A stretch of DNA of 64,000 nt from Alphaproteobacteria bacterium (GCA_965220745.1 CBDCQT010000005.1:32001-96000); one strand, 5' to 3'. Numbered from the stretch's first letter, positions 1 through 9,775 are shown. Program-made: numbers and translations. Notes: generated from the letters alone by a model not told the origin.

Positions 1-1
1 C

Positions 2-1237
2 GCGTTCGGGGAGGCCATTGCCGAGTTCGCCGACGCACCTCTGGACTGGCTCGCTCGCATCACGGAAGCGCTTCATGAGTTGTCCCAGGAAGATCGCGAC
101 TTTGACCTGCTGTCTGGCTACCTCGTGGGGATCAACAAAGAGTTTCCCGAGGAGGTCGCGTCGTTCAAGGGAAGGGCCGCGAAGTCGGACGTGCTTGCGC
201 CCGCGCTTCCACTCGTTTGCTGGCGGCTTGGGATCGTTGCTTCCGACATTCCCTTGGTATTGGCGGCCCTCCACGCGGATCGGTTGCCCCCTTGGCGACT
301 GATGCAGTGGACACTTGGCGGAGTGCTCGGAGCGGTAGAGGCGCGCGCCGTCGCACCGGCATTCAACACGCTGCTAGACCACAGCGTTGATGGGTACGCG
401 GTCGCGCTGGACCTGATCGGAATGTATGCCTTTGGTAGGCACGAGGTGCTGGAAGACTTCCGACCTCAACTGCGAAGTATCGCCGAGAATCTCAGGCGGT
501 GGGAGCCCGCAGGGCGCCATACCAGCGCCGCGCATCACTTCGGGAACCTCATGCAGTGGCTTCTGAAGAAGGGTCGCGACGATCCTGACGCGCGCGTTGC
601 CGCTCTGGCCCTTTCCCGGGCGCTTGCGGACCGTGAGGACGACTCCACGGAGGGCATGCTCCGTGCGCGCATGATCGAGGAGCGCATGATCGAGCCGGTC
701 ATCCGGCTTCTCCTCGGAAACTTCCCGGAGATTGCATGGCCCGTCGTCGGCCAGACGATCCTCTCGGACCCTGTTCGGGGTTGGCGTCTGGGCTATCTGC
801 TGGGGAGCCGCCTGTCCTCTGATGAACGCCACGACGCCGCCATTCTCAGTCTTCCGGAGGACGTTCTGTTCGAGTGGTGCCGAGCCCATCCCGATGGCGC
901 CCCGGCGTTCACGGCAACGGTAGTTCCCGTACTCACGACCTACGACCGGGATGCGCAAGAGCACACCCTGCACCCGTGCATGGCTCGATTGCTCGAAGAG
1001 TTCGGGGACCGTGAAGACGTGCTGCGCGCCATCGGAAGCAACATCCACTCCTACTGCGGCTGGGGCTCACCGACGGGATACTTCGCGCTCTACGAGGCGC
1101 CTTTGTCGGTGCTGCGTGACGAACATCCCTCCGCAAGGGTACGGCGTTGGGCCAAGGTGACCCTGCGCGGACTTGCCGCCGAGAGCGAGGGGATCCGTGC
1201 CGAGGAAGATGAATGGGCAGCCCGCCATGACGCCTAG
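2..1237 (+). CDS. 3' part of a large hypothetical protein (5' end outside the window)
   Basis: Frame is open from base 2 (AFGEAIAEF...) to the stop at 1237. The helical C-terminus (WGSPTGYF...VRRWAK...EEDEW) resembles large island-borne HTH/NTPase proteins. Confidence 0.6.
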   Translation, partial: AFGEAIAEFADAPLDWLARITEALHELSQEDRDFDLLSGYLVGINKEFPEEVASFKGRAAKSDVLAPALPLVCWRLGIVASDIPLVLAALHADRLPPWRLMQWTLGGVLGAVEARAVAPAFNTLLDHSVDGYAVALDLIGMYAFGRHEVLEDFRPQLRSIAENLRRWEPAGRHTSAAHHFGNLMQWLLKKGRDDPDARVAALALSRALADREDDSTEGMLRARMIEERMIEPVIRLLLGNFPEIAWPVVGQTILSDPVRGWRLGYLLGSRLSSDERHDAAILSLPEDVLFEWCRAHPDGAPAFTATVVPVLTTYDRDAQEHTLHPCMARLLEEFGDREDVLRAIGSNIHSYCGWGSPTGYFALYEAPLSVLRDEHPSARVRRWAKVTLRGLAAESEGIRAEEDEWAARHDA

Positions 1238-1323
1238 CACACACCGTATTCGCCTTTCGGACCGTCCGGCATTCGGTGTCTAGCGATCGGCCACCTGGGG
1301 GACGTCAAGAACGCACGGCAGAC

Positions 1324-1542
1324 ATGACCTCTGTGCTCAACAAACTCTTGGTGATTGTGGCCTGCGGGCTCGGCGCGGTTGGCGGCCCCCTCCTTGCTCC
1401 GTGGAGGGCCAGGAGAGAGGCGAAGGCCAGCATCATTGCGGCAAGGGCCGATGCAGCGGTTCTGGAGATCCGGGTCAAAGCGCACGTGAGGGCACGAGCA
1501 CTGGCCGCGACGGGCGAAGCCGCGCTCGAGAGGCGAGCTTGA
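1324..1542 (+). pseudogene. Short remnant resembling the N-terminus of DUF2806 proteins
   Basis: KLLVIVACGLGAVGGPLLAPWRARREAKA matches my recollection of that N-terminus; the ORF stops after 72 aa. Confidence 0.35.
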
Positions 1543-1606
1543 ACTATCTGGCCTAGCAGGGCGACCAGGGACGGCCGTTGTCCCCTGCCCCGGCTAACAG
1601 GAGCGC

Positions 1607-2080
1607 ATGGTGAAACACGAAGACATCGACGCGGACCTCCAGGAACTCGCGTTCCTCTTTTTCTACAAATACTCAAGGTTCGAGTTCGCGTTGAAGGAGA
1701 ACGGCTTTCTGAGGAACCCCAGCCCCGGCGGTCCAGCGAGCCCCGGCTGGCGCGAGTTTGCCGGTACTCGGTACGCGGCGTATCGCCTCTCGCCCGAGGC
1801 GGAGGACCTCGTTGGCGCTGCTCCGAAGTGCCAGGTCGTCGGAGCCAATGGTCACCTGGAATGGAGGGAGGTCGAATTTGGCGGTTTCCCTGGCGATCTC
1901 GGGAAGGTCGTTCGACTCCTGCAGACGGTTCGAAACAATCTGTTCCATGGAGGCAAGCACGGCGCGGATGGCTGGGACGATCCCGCGAGAACGGCAATGC
2001 TTTTGAGGTTGGGGGCCGACGTGCTCGACCAAATCGCACGGGGGTCTGGCCTCGAAGCAGATTACTTCGAGTGCTACTGA
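1607..2080 (+). CDS. Small HEPN-like protein
   Basis: R-x4-H motif in VRNNLFHGGK, N-terminal SRFEFALK, upstream AGGAG RBS. Confidence 0.6.
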   Translation: MVKHEDIDADLQELAFLFFYKYSRFEFALKENGFLRNPSPGGPASPGWREFAGTRYAAYRLSPEAEDLVGAAPKCQVVGANGHLEWREVEFGGFPGDLGKVVRLLQTVRNNLFHGGKHGADGWDDPARTAMLLRLGADVLDQIARGSGLEADYFECY

Positions 2081-2143
2081 CGGGCTTGGTTCGGGGTTTC
2101 GGCTAACGCGGTTTTGTCCACAATGTCCCAGGGATTGTCTTCC

Positions 2144-3316
2144 TTATGGCGCGGCGACGAGATCGTTGTCGATGCTGTCGCCGATGCGTGCCGCGGACGC
2201 CTTCACGGTATCACGGGCAAGGTGGGCGTAGCGGGCGGTCGTCTGCACCTGCGTGTGACCCAACAGCTTGCCGATCATCGGGAGCCCTTCGCCAAGCGCC
2301 AGAGCGCGCGAGGCAAAGCTATGACGAAGGTCATGGATGCGGACGTCGTCGAGCTCGGCGCGCGCCCGGATGCGGCGCCAGGGGTGCTGTAGGTCGGTCA
2401 GGTGGCTCCCCGGTTTCTTGCCGGCGATCACCCACGGGTTGTCCTCTTCGCGCGGCAGTGACTCCAGGAGCCGCACCGCCGAGGGCGCGAGCGGCACCGC
2501 GCGCCCGCCAGTCTTGGTGTCCGGCAACCGCAGCTCGCCGGCCTCCAGATCGACATGCTCCCATCGCAGCGTCTGGATTTCCGAAAGGCGGCAGCCGGTA
2601 AGCATCAGCAGCCGGATCGCGGCGACCGCGGAGCGGGTCTCGGAACCGTCCTCAAGGATTTCGTCGAGGACCGCGCCCAGGCGCTGGAACTCCTCGGCGC
2701 TGAGGAAGCGCTCCCGTTTCTCCTCCTTGAACCGCTTGACGTGTAGACAGGGGTTCGAGCCGTCGGGACGCAGGCCCCACATCTCGGCCAGGTTGAACAT
2801 CTTCGAGAGCACGCCGAGCGTCCGGTTGGCCTGGTAGGGTGTCTTGCGCAGGCCGTGGTGCAGCTCGGCGATGTCGCTTCTCTGTATCTCCACCACCTTG
2901 CGGCGGCCGATCCTCGGGTAGATGAAGAGCTCGACCGAACGACGGTACTCATAGGCCGTGCTCGGCTTGCAGTGGGCGGGGACATACTCGTCGAGAAACC
3001 GCTCCCCGAGAGCCTTCACGGTGGCGGCTTTGCGGTCGGCGTCGCGCTGTGCGGCCGGGTCGCCGCCGGCCTTGGCCTCGGAGAGGAGGGCCATGGCACG
3101 CCGGCGCGCGTCTTCCGGCGCGAAGGCCGTGACGGGTCCAAGGGTCATGCGGCGCGACCGGCCCTTGGCGCGGTACTGGGCGACGAAGAACTTGCGGCCG
3201 GAGGCACGCACGCGCACACCGAAGCCCGGCAGCTCCCGGTCCCAGTAGAAGCGATCCGTCCCGTCGGTCTCGAGCTGGTCGATGGCGCGCTTGGTGATCT
3301 TGATCTCTGCCGGCAC
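2144..3316 (-). CDS. Tyrosine recombinase/integrase with N-terminal arm-binding domain
   Basis: WDRELPGFGVRV arm domain; catalytic motifs TGCRLSE, DTKTG, HDLRH, LGH, TARY; adjacent to the tRNA 3' repeat. Confidence 0.93.
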   Translation of the reverse strand: MPAEIKITKRAIDQLETDGTDRFYWDRELPGFGVRVRASGRKFFVAQYRAKGRSRRMTLGPVTAFAPEDARRRAMALLSEAKAGGDPAAQRDADRKAATVKALGERFLDEYVPAHCKPSTAYEYRRSVELFIYPRIGRRKVVEIQRSDIAELHHGLRKTPYQANRTLGVLSKMFNLAEMWGLRPDGSNPCLHVKRFKEEKRERFLSAEEFQRLGAVLDEILEDGSETRSAVAAIRLLMLTGCRLSEIQTLRWEHVDLEAGELRLPDTKTGGRAVPLAPSAVRLLESLPREEDNPWVIAGKKPGSHLTDLQHPWRRIRARAELDDVRIHDLRHSFASRALALGEGLPMIGKLLGHTQVQTTARYAHLARDTVKASAARIGDSIDNDLVAAP

Positions 3317-3341
3317 GGTGTCCCTCCGGTTCGCTTGATCG

Positions 3342-3390
3342 TGGGAAGCACCCTATCAGGCTGGGAAGCGCATGGGAAGCACTGGGAATC
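3342..3390 (+). repeat. Four TGGGAA(G/T)C direct repeats, putative integrase arm-type sites
   Basis: Copies at 3342, 3362, 3373 and 3383, between the integrase start and the att core. Confidence 0.6.
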
Positions 3391-3536
3391 AAAAGCGGCG
3401 GTAATGGACGTCTCGGTTTGTCGACGAACTAGGGTCTTGTGTTTCCTGCTAATGCGTTGTAAGTTCGCACTATTGTCGAATGTTGGCGGTCAGGAGCGAA
3501 CCGGCGTCGGGATATGTCGACGGGCACTTAGGCAAA

Positions 3537-3581
3537 CTCATAACCTGAAGGTCTAAGGTTCAAATCCTGCCCCCGCAACCA
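3537..3581 (+). repeat. 3' half of tRNA-Met(CAT), att site (left boundary of the island)
   Basis: CTCATAACCTGAAGGTCTAAGGTTCAAATCCTGCCCCCGCAACCA has the anticodon loop, T-arm and CCA but no 5' half; 44/45 identical to 34987-35031. Confidence 0.9.
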
Positions 3582-3584
3582 CTG

Positions 3585-3622
3585 AAAGCCCTTGAAAACA
3601 CTGATGTTTTCAAGGGCTTTTT
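3585..3622 (+). terminator. Intrinsic terminator just downstream of the tRNA 3' end
   Basis: Perfect 16-bp inverted repeat AAAGCCCTTGAAAACA-ctga-TGTTTTCAAGGGCTTT followed by TT. Confidence 0.75.
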
Positions 3623-3652
3623 GATTCGCAGAATTCGGTGGAAACGGGTGCT

Positions 3653-3671
3653 GTCAACACATAGTCAACAC
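3653..3671 (+). repeat. GTCAACAC x2, putative arm-type sites (left end)
   Basis: Copies at 3653 and 3664; the same octamer pair occurs at 34824 and 34836. Confidence 0.6.
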
Positions 3672-3752
3672 CGCATGCGTCCGTGCGTAGAGCGTTGGTG
3701 GCGACACAGGAATCCGTTCGGGCGAGGCGGCTCGGCAGGCGCGCGCCGAAAC

Positions 3753-4025
3753 ATGCTCTCACGGCCGGCCTGCGCCTACACGAACAAGGTCGACCACGCC
3801 GGCTACGGGGACATGCTGACCCTGCTCGGTTGCGGGGACGAGGAACTGCTGGGGAAAGTCGAACGACTGCAACAGGCGAGGCGCGAGCTCGTCCACGAGA
3901 AGGCGCACCTCGAATTCAACGATGCAGGGGAGTTCACGGGGGAGTCGAGGACAGCCCAGGACGAAGCTGAAAATGCGCGGACGGTGGTGCTCGCCGTCGA
4001 GAAGTGGTTCGGTCTGCCTGATTGA
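3753..4025 (+). pseudogene. C-terminal fragment of a HEPN-like protein
   Basis: ARRELVHEKA contains R-x4-H; no convincing start or N-terminal half. Confidence 0.4.
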
Positions 4026-4352
4026 TGCAACCGACCCGGCGACGGGTCGGGTCTATGGCGCTCGTAGGGATCGGAGGAACGGGCGTCGCGGGGGACGCTG
4101 GAGGAGGTTTGCCCGTCGAGTGGCCGTTGAGACCGCAAGCGGTCGGGATTGGCGTTATCGGTCCGTTCGAGGACCGCGCCAGACTAGCCATGCGTGCGTC
4201 GAAAGCGATCCGGGCCGGCACCGGAGAACAGGCCGTGCGATGGTTCCGTCGACGATGAGCGGGATTACGTGCATCGTGCTCCTGGCGCGGCGCGGGCGCG
4301 ACCGGCGAAGAGCGGGGAGCATGGCGGCGAGCCGAGGCGGCGCGACGGAGAC

Positions 4353-4886
4353 ATGGCGATGGCGACGTCCATTCGTGCCGTCCTGAAGCGATGGGCGACC
4401 CAGCGGGTGGCGGCCGCGGCCCTGGCTGGCGCCGCCGCCTGCGTGGCGGGTCTGGTCTGGCGACAGCACAGGCTGGGCGGCCTCGAGCTTCTGGACAGCC
4501 GGGGCTGGTACACGCCCGGCGAGGCCGCCGCGCTGTTCGACGCCCTCGACCGGCTCGACGCAAACGCCCGGCTCGTCTATGCGGCGACCGGGCTCACGAT
4601 CGACATGGTGTTCCCCGTCGCCTACGGCCTGCTGCTGGCGATCCTGCTGGTCCGCCTGTGGCGAGGCGCCGCGCCACTGTATCTGCTGCCGCTCGCGATG
4701 GCGGCGGCCGACATGCTGGAGAACCTGACCGTGGCCGCGCTGGCTCTGAGTTATGCCGGGGCGCCGACGCCGCTGGCGTGGCCGGCGGCGATCTTCACCC
4801 TGGTCAAGACGGTTCTGATGGCCGCCACGGCGGCAGCGGTGGGCATCGGCGCGATACGCTGGCTGTGGGAGCGCCTGCGGCGGTAG
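4353..4886 (+). CDS. Hypothetical membrane protein
   Basis: About 4 hydrophobic segments; LDSRGWYT, DMVFPVAYG and ADMLEN motifs; GGAG RBS. Confidence 0.7.
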   Translation: MAMATSIRAVLKRWATQRVAAAALAGAAACVAGLVWRQHRLGGLELLDSRGWYTPGEAAALFDALDRLDANARLVYAATGLTIDMVFPVAYGLLLAILLVRLWRGAAPLYLLPLAMAAADMLENLTVAALALSYAGAPTPLAWPAAIFTLVKTVLMAATAAAVGIGAIRWLWERLRR

Positions 4887-5277
4887 GTCCCTCATGCCTC
4901 GCCGCGCCCTGGCATGCAGCACCCGCGCCGCCGCCCCTGCGAAACATCGCCGGCGCACGGCGGTCGTGCCGCAAGCGGTCGATCACGCGTCGTGATGCGA
5001 GATGAGGCGGGCGATCCCGATATCGCGGCATGCGGAGCGGCCGGAACCCAACGGTCCGCCGGCGTCGCGGGCCGATCCGGTTCGCCCGTCCTGCCTTGTT
5101 TTCCCCCATGCCTCGCGGGCATGAATCCCGCGCGCATCGGCATTTTCTTTTCCCGCGCGGGGCCGCTATCGACGGGAAGCGGAAAGGGGAGAGCGCGGTC
5201 CGGACGGGCCGGCAGCCCGGCAGCCCGGCAGCTTGCGATGCCGGATAAGGGTTTTCAACAGCCGCCGTCGCAAAATC

Positions 5278-5371
5278 CAACTGGCCCCGGACGGCCGCGT
5301 TCCCACCTGACTGCCGAAGCGCATCCCCTTCGGACGCGCCCCTGCCGAGATACGGGGGAACCGGGCGATGA
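5278..5371 (+). repeat. Diverged ~93-bp structured repeat, copy 1
   Basis: Shares blocks CAACTGG, CCGCGTTCCCACCTGA, AGCGCATCC, CCCCTG and GGGGAACCGGGCGATGA with 6202-6293. Confidence 0.65.
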
Positions 5372-5560
5372 ACGCGCGAAGCCATGAGTGCCGGAAAGCC
5401 GGACACGATCCCGGCCGCGGGACGCGCCGGCCCGCGCCTTTCGCCAGCCGGGCCGGCCAGGCCCGGGTCCGTCCTCGATGACGGCGCTCCGCATCCGGAA
5501 GGCGTCTTCCGACGGCGTGGACGTCCGGTGCAGGGCTGCCCCAGGACAGGGAAGTGGCCC

Positions 5561-5660
5561 ATGACCGGGGCTGCCGGCGACGGCGACCGGGAGCGGCTCG
5601 AAGCGCTGGAACGGGAGAACCGGGAATTGCGCCGGGCGAACCAGGCTCTGCTGACGATCC
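5561..5660 (+). pseudogene. Possible IS3-family OrfA remnant
   Basis: Translates to RERLEALERENRELRRANQAL, like the OrfA leucine zipper; no other IS parts are clear. Confidence 0.4.
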
Positions 5661-5707
5661 TGGCGCTGGTCGTTTGCGCTGCGCCGCCGACGACCGCGCC
5701 GCCCGGT

Positions 5708-6025
5708 TCCGGCACGGACGAGGACGCAGTTCCGTCGACGAATCCCGGCGCTCTGGCGGACGAAGGAGCGCGGTGGGAAGCGGATCTGGAAGGCGAGGCG
5801 CCCTGGGAGACCGTGCTCGTTCCGCGAGGCACGTCGAAGTGGTGATGCCTCCGGCGCCCGGCGTGTCGAAGGTGGCCTGTGGGCGAGGCTGGCCGGCGCG
5901 GGCATTCCGGGCCGAAAAAGCGCGGAACGACAAACATTTGCGCCGGCATCGGGGTCGCCCGAATGGCGGCAAAGATTCTTCCCGATTCTCCCCAAAGTCG
6001 GGGACGCGCAATCCGCGGCCGCGCC
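5708..6025 (+). repeat. 318-bp direct repeat, copy 1
   Basis: Near-identical to 7243-7560, with only a few substitutions. Confidence 0.92.
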
Positions 6026-6201
6026 CTAGACTTCGACTTCACGGCATGCCGCCTGCGCATGAATGTTCCGGCGACCGGCATTATCCATGCGGGTCCGGGT
6101 TCGCTAACAAGGAGGAACGGAGCAGGGAGAACGCAGGGTCCGGACCAGCTTTGCTGCGGCGCCCGCCGACAGGCATCGCCATTGGACGGCATTGACAAAG
6201 G

Positions 6202-6293
6202 CAACTGGACGCAAGCGACCGCGTTCCCACCTGATTCCGTAGCGCATCCTCGGAGGATGCACCCCTGTCAAGACGCGGGGAACCGGGCGATGA
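6202..6293 (+). repeat. Diverged ~93-bp structured repeat, copy 2
   Basis: See 5278-5371; contains the hairpin GCATCCT-cgg-AGGATGC. Confidence 0.65.
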
Positions 6294-6434
6294 GCGTCCC
6301 AGGCGCGGGCAATCGGGCAGCGAAACGGGGCCTCGGCGGCTGGAGGCGCCGAACGGCGTCCGATATGCGTGGAATATCAGTCTCTTGCGCGGGTTTCCAA
6401 GCAGGGCGGAGCCGGTTGCTCCGGCCCGCGACGG

Positions 6435-6460
6435 CGCCCGATAACTGTTGTTATCGGGCG
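6435..6460. other. Palindrome, putative tyrosine-recombinase crossover site
   Basis: CGCCCGATAA-CTGTTG-TTATCGGGCG. The left arm plus most of the spacer recurs at 6653-6669, next to the Cre-like gene fragment. Confidence 0.5.
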
Positions 6461-6759
6461 TCGGTCAACTGATTCCCTCTACTCCACAGGCGACCGTCGG
6501 GTCGCCCCCACCACGTGCAAGGAATGCTAGGGGACGCCTGGACACAATTCAAGCCGTTGTTGTACCGAGCGGTTCCTGCCTCCCGCCGCACCGGCACCAT
6601 GTCGCGGCCTGCATCCGCACCCGGGAGTCGACGCCGCTCGCTCGCTGAAATCGACGCCCGATAACTGTTTTGGGAAAACCGCGACCCGCCACAATTCTCG
6701 TCGGTCGGAGGCGGCGGACACCCCCCTGTGCGCACGCCCGATGGTACGCCATCGCGCCC

Positions 6760-7233
6760 CTATGCGCGATGTTGAATCCGTGCGAGCTGGGCCGCCCCGC
6801 TTCGCTGCGCGATGAGTTGCTCGCCGTAGCGATGGACCATGACGGTGGTCTTCCACCGTCCCGCGTGCAGGATGGCGGGCATGCCGATCCCCTCCGCGAC
6901 CATGTCCTGCGCCGCTCCCACCCGCGTGCTGTGCCCGGAGATGCGCGCGACCACCTCATCGGGCAGGTCGGCTGCGCAGGCCATTCGCTTGAAGATGCGC
7001 GAGACGTGGCACGCGTCGAGCCCCTCGCCGACGGCGCCCCGGCTGAGCGAGCGGAACAGCCGGCCCTCGCACACCCCACTGCGCTCAAGCCACTCGTGCA
7101 CCAGAACCATGGAGTCCGGCGCGAGGTACGCGGTCGCGCCCCGACCCTCGGGATCGGCCTTGGAGCGGCGCACCAGCACGGTCGCCGCGCCGTCTGAATC
7201 CTCCACGATGTCCGTAACTTGCAGTGCCACCAA
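6760..7233 (-). pseudogene. C-terminal fragment of a Cre-like tyrosine recombinase
   Basis: RRSKADPEG, SGHSTRVGAAQDM and GRWKTTVMVHRY motifs; the 5' part is replaced by the 318-bp repeat. Confidence 0.85.
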
Positions 7234-7242
7234 CCGCCCGTG

Positions 7243-7560
7243 TCCGGCACGGACGAGGGCGCAGTTCCGTCAACAAGCCCTGGCGCTCTGGCGGACGAAG
7301 GAGCGCGGTGGGAAGCGGATCTGGAAGGCGAGGCGCCCTGGGAGACCGTGCTCGTTCCGCGAGGCACGTCGAAGTGGTGATGCCTCCGGCGCCCGGCGTG
7401 TCGAAGGTGGCCTGTGGGCGAGGCCGGCCGGCGCGGGCATTCCGGGCCGAAAAAGCGCGGAACGACAAACATTTGCGCCGGCATCGGGGTCGCCCGAATG
7501 GCGGCAAAGATTCTTCCCGATTCTCCCCAAAGTCGGGGACGCGCAATCCGCGGCCGCGCC
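7243..7560 (+). repeat. 318-bp direct repeat, copy 2
   Basis: Near-identical to 5708-6025. Confidence 0.92.
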
Positions 7561-7604
7561 ATACACTCCGCTCTCTCGTCGACGTTGCGGGGACGGCTCC
7601 GGGG

Positions 7605-7982
7605 AACCCACGCGACTTCGACATGATGGCCGCGGCGCTGATCCCGCAGCAGAAGGACACGGTCGATCCCTTCTGGGTGACGGCGGCAAGGCAGTTGTTC
7701 GCCAACGGCGCCGGGGTGCTGCGCGGCAAGGGCGAGACGCGCAACAAGGTCCTGGTCGACCACCTGCTCAAGACGGACCTGACGGCGCTCGCGCAAGCCA
7801 TGGAGGGCACGGTCGCGCAGTCGATCGTGGATCCGGAGAACCCCAAGACTGCGCTCAGCGTGCGCGCGATGCTCACCGCCAACCTGTCGGCGCTGGAGTT
7901 CCTGCCCGACGAGGGCAAGCCGTTCTCGATCCGGGAGTGGATATCGGACGAGGAGCGGGGCGGGTTCCTGTTCCTCACGTCG
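7605..7982 (+). pseudogene. Internal fragment of a TraD/TrwB type IV coupling protein
   Basis: AALIP...DPFWVTAARQLF...SVRAML...PFSIREWI...FLFLTS; no Walker motifs remain. Confidence 0.75.
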
Positions 7983-8512
7983 GCCGCACAGGGCGCGTCC
8001 TACTACGAGCGCGACGGCTATTACGCGAAGGACGATCCCGAGCACCGGGAAGCGAGCGGCTGGGCCGGCAAGGGGGCGGAAGAGCTGGGACTCACCGGGC
8101 CGGTCGATCGCGGCACGTTTCGCGCGGTGCTCGAAGGCAAGGTGCCGGACGGGTCCGGAACCGAGCTCGGGCGGCGCGGCAAGGACGGGGAAATCCTGCA
8201 CCGCCCCGGCCGCGACCTCACCTTCTCGGCCCCGAAATCGGCCTCCCTCGCCGCCCTGGTCGGCGATGACCGGCGCATCGTCGAGGTCCACGACCGCGCC
8301 GTGGCGGCGGCGCTCGACTGGGTGGAGCGGAACGCGGCGGAAACCCGCATGAAGGACCCGGACACCGGCCGGATGGTGCGCGCCGGCAACCAGAAGATCG
8401 TCGCCGCCACGTTCCGGCACGACACGTCGCGCAATCTCGACCCGCAGCTCCATACCCATGCCGTGCTCGCCAACATGGTCAAGGGAGAGGACGACAAGTG
8501 GCGCTCGATGGC
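7983..8512 (+). pseudogene. N-terminal fragment of a MobF (TrwC/TraI) relaxase, cut by an IS
   Basis: SYYERDGYY, DLTFSAPKS and HDTSRNLDPQLHTH motifs; ends exactly at the IS terminus at 8513. Confidence 0.88.
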
Positions 8513-8546
8513 TGACCTGCCCCCGTCGACTGGTCCAGGTCGAATG

Positions 8547-9365
8547 TTAGTGCATCGCGGGTTCCTCGGCCAAGCTGGGTGGCCGGCGGAGCGTAGCGGA
8601 GCCGGGCGGCCAGCTTGGCATGATGATCGTCTCCGGGGCCGGCGGCCGGTATCCCAGGCTGCCGTGTGGGCGGATCGCGTTGTAATGGCACCGCCACGAT
8701 TCGATGAGAACCTGGGCTTCCTTCAGGGTGTAGAAGATCTCCCCGTTCAGGAGCTCGTCGCGCAGCCGCGCATTGAAGCTCTCGATGTAGCCGTTCTCCC
8801 AGGGTGAGCCCGGCTCGATGAAGGCGGTGCGGGCGCTGACCGCAGCGATCCACCGCCTGACGGCCTCGGCGACGAACTCCGGACCGTTGTCGGAACGGAT
8901 CCAGGTCGGAATGCCGCGCAGGATGAACAGGTCGGTCAGCACATCGATGACGTCGATCGAGGAAAGCCTCCTGCGCACCCGGATGACCAGGCTCTCGCGG
9001 GTGAACTCGTCCAGGACGTTGAGCATGCGGAAGGCCCTGCCGTCATACGTCCGGTGATGGACGAAGTCGTAGGACCAGACGTGATCCGCCCTCTCGGCGC
9101 GCAGCCGGATGCAGGAGCCGTCATTGAGCCAAAGCCGGCCCCGCTTCGGTTGCTTGCCGGGCACCTTCAGCCCCTCGCGCCGCCACAAGCGCTCGATCCG
9201 CTTGTCGTTGACCTGCCAGCCGGCATCGCGAAGCAGGGCCGCGATGCGGCGATAGCCGTAACGGCCGTACTGGCGGGCCAGCTCGATCATGTACGCGACC
9301 AGGCGGTCCTCGTCGTCGCGGCCGCGCGGGATGCGGCGCTGGGTCGAGCGGTGCTGCCCCAGCAC
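8547..9365 (-). CDS. IS3 transposase OrfB (DDE), probably expressed by -1 frameshift from OrfA
   Basis: YGYRRI, WSYDF, IRSDNGPEF and ENGYIESFN motifs; G-run plus AAAC at the end of orfA. Confidence 0.92.
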   Translation of the reverse strand: MLGQHRSTQRRIPRGRDDEDRLVAYMIELARQYGRYGYRRIAALLRDAGWQVNDKRIERLWRREGLKVPGKQPKRGRLWLNDGSCIRLRAERADHVWSYDFVHHRTYDGRAFRMLNVLDEFTRESLVIRVRRRLSSIDVIDVLTDLFILRGIPTWIRSDNGPEFVAEAVRRWIAAVSARTAFIEPGSPWENGYIESFNARLRDELLNGEIFYTLKEAQVLIESWRCHYNAIRPHGSLGYRPPAPETIIMPSWPPGSATLRRPPSLAEEPAMH

Positions 9366-9439
9366 CCGGCAAGCGCGGCGTTCCGAGACCCCGAGCCGGT
9401 CACAGACATGATCGATGCACTGGCGCCGGCGCGAGGGGC

Positions 9440-9718
9440 TTAGAAGTTTCCCCCTGCGGCCTCTTTGAGAATCTGCTTGTCCAGCGTCAGATCGGAGACC
9501 GCACGGCGCAGCCGCTCGTTCTCCTTCTCGAGCTCCTTCAAACGGCGGAGCTGATCGCCGCTCATCCCGGCATACTCCTTGCGCCAGCGGTAGAAGGTAA
9601 CCTCGCTGATCCCAAGCTCGCGGATCGCGTCCGCCATCGACATGCCCTGGCCGTTCAGAACCTCAGCCCGCCGCAGCAGGCTCACGATCTCCTCGGGCTT
9701 GTAACGCTTCCTTGCCAT
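9440..9718 (-). CDS. IS3 transposase OrfA
   Basis: MARKRYKPEEI HTH plus LKELEKENERLRR zipper. Confidence 0.92.
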   Translation of the reverse strand: MARKRYKPEEIVSLLRRAEVLNGQGMSMADAIRELGISEVTFYRWRKEYAGMSGDQLRRLKELEKENERLRRAVSDLTLDKQILKEAAGGNF

Positions 9719-9775
9719 CGTCGGTCCTCCTCTTTCCATAACCTAAGGGTGGACCAATCCGATGGGGGAGGATCA

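Larger units (their letters stand above)
8513..9775 (-). mobile_element. IS3-family element (IS407-like), complete copy A, 1263 bp
   Basis: TG...CA ends with imperfect inverted repeats, overlapping orfA/orfB, no target duplication seen. Confidence 0.93.

Noticed and set aside
3500-3581. Intact tRNA-Met gene here or at 34950-35031
   Set aside because: Only the anticodon loop to CCA is present; upstream bases cannot form the D-arm or acceptor stem.
7224-8807. Single 527-aa gene
   Set aside because: Chimeric read-through of repeat DNA, TraD and relaxase fragments, and IS antisense sequence.
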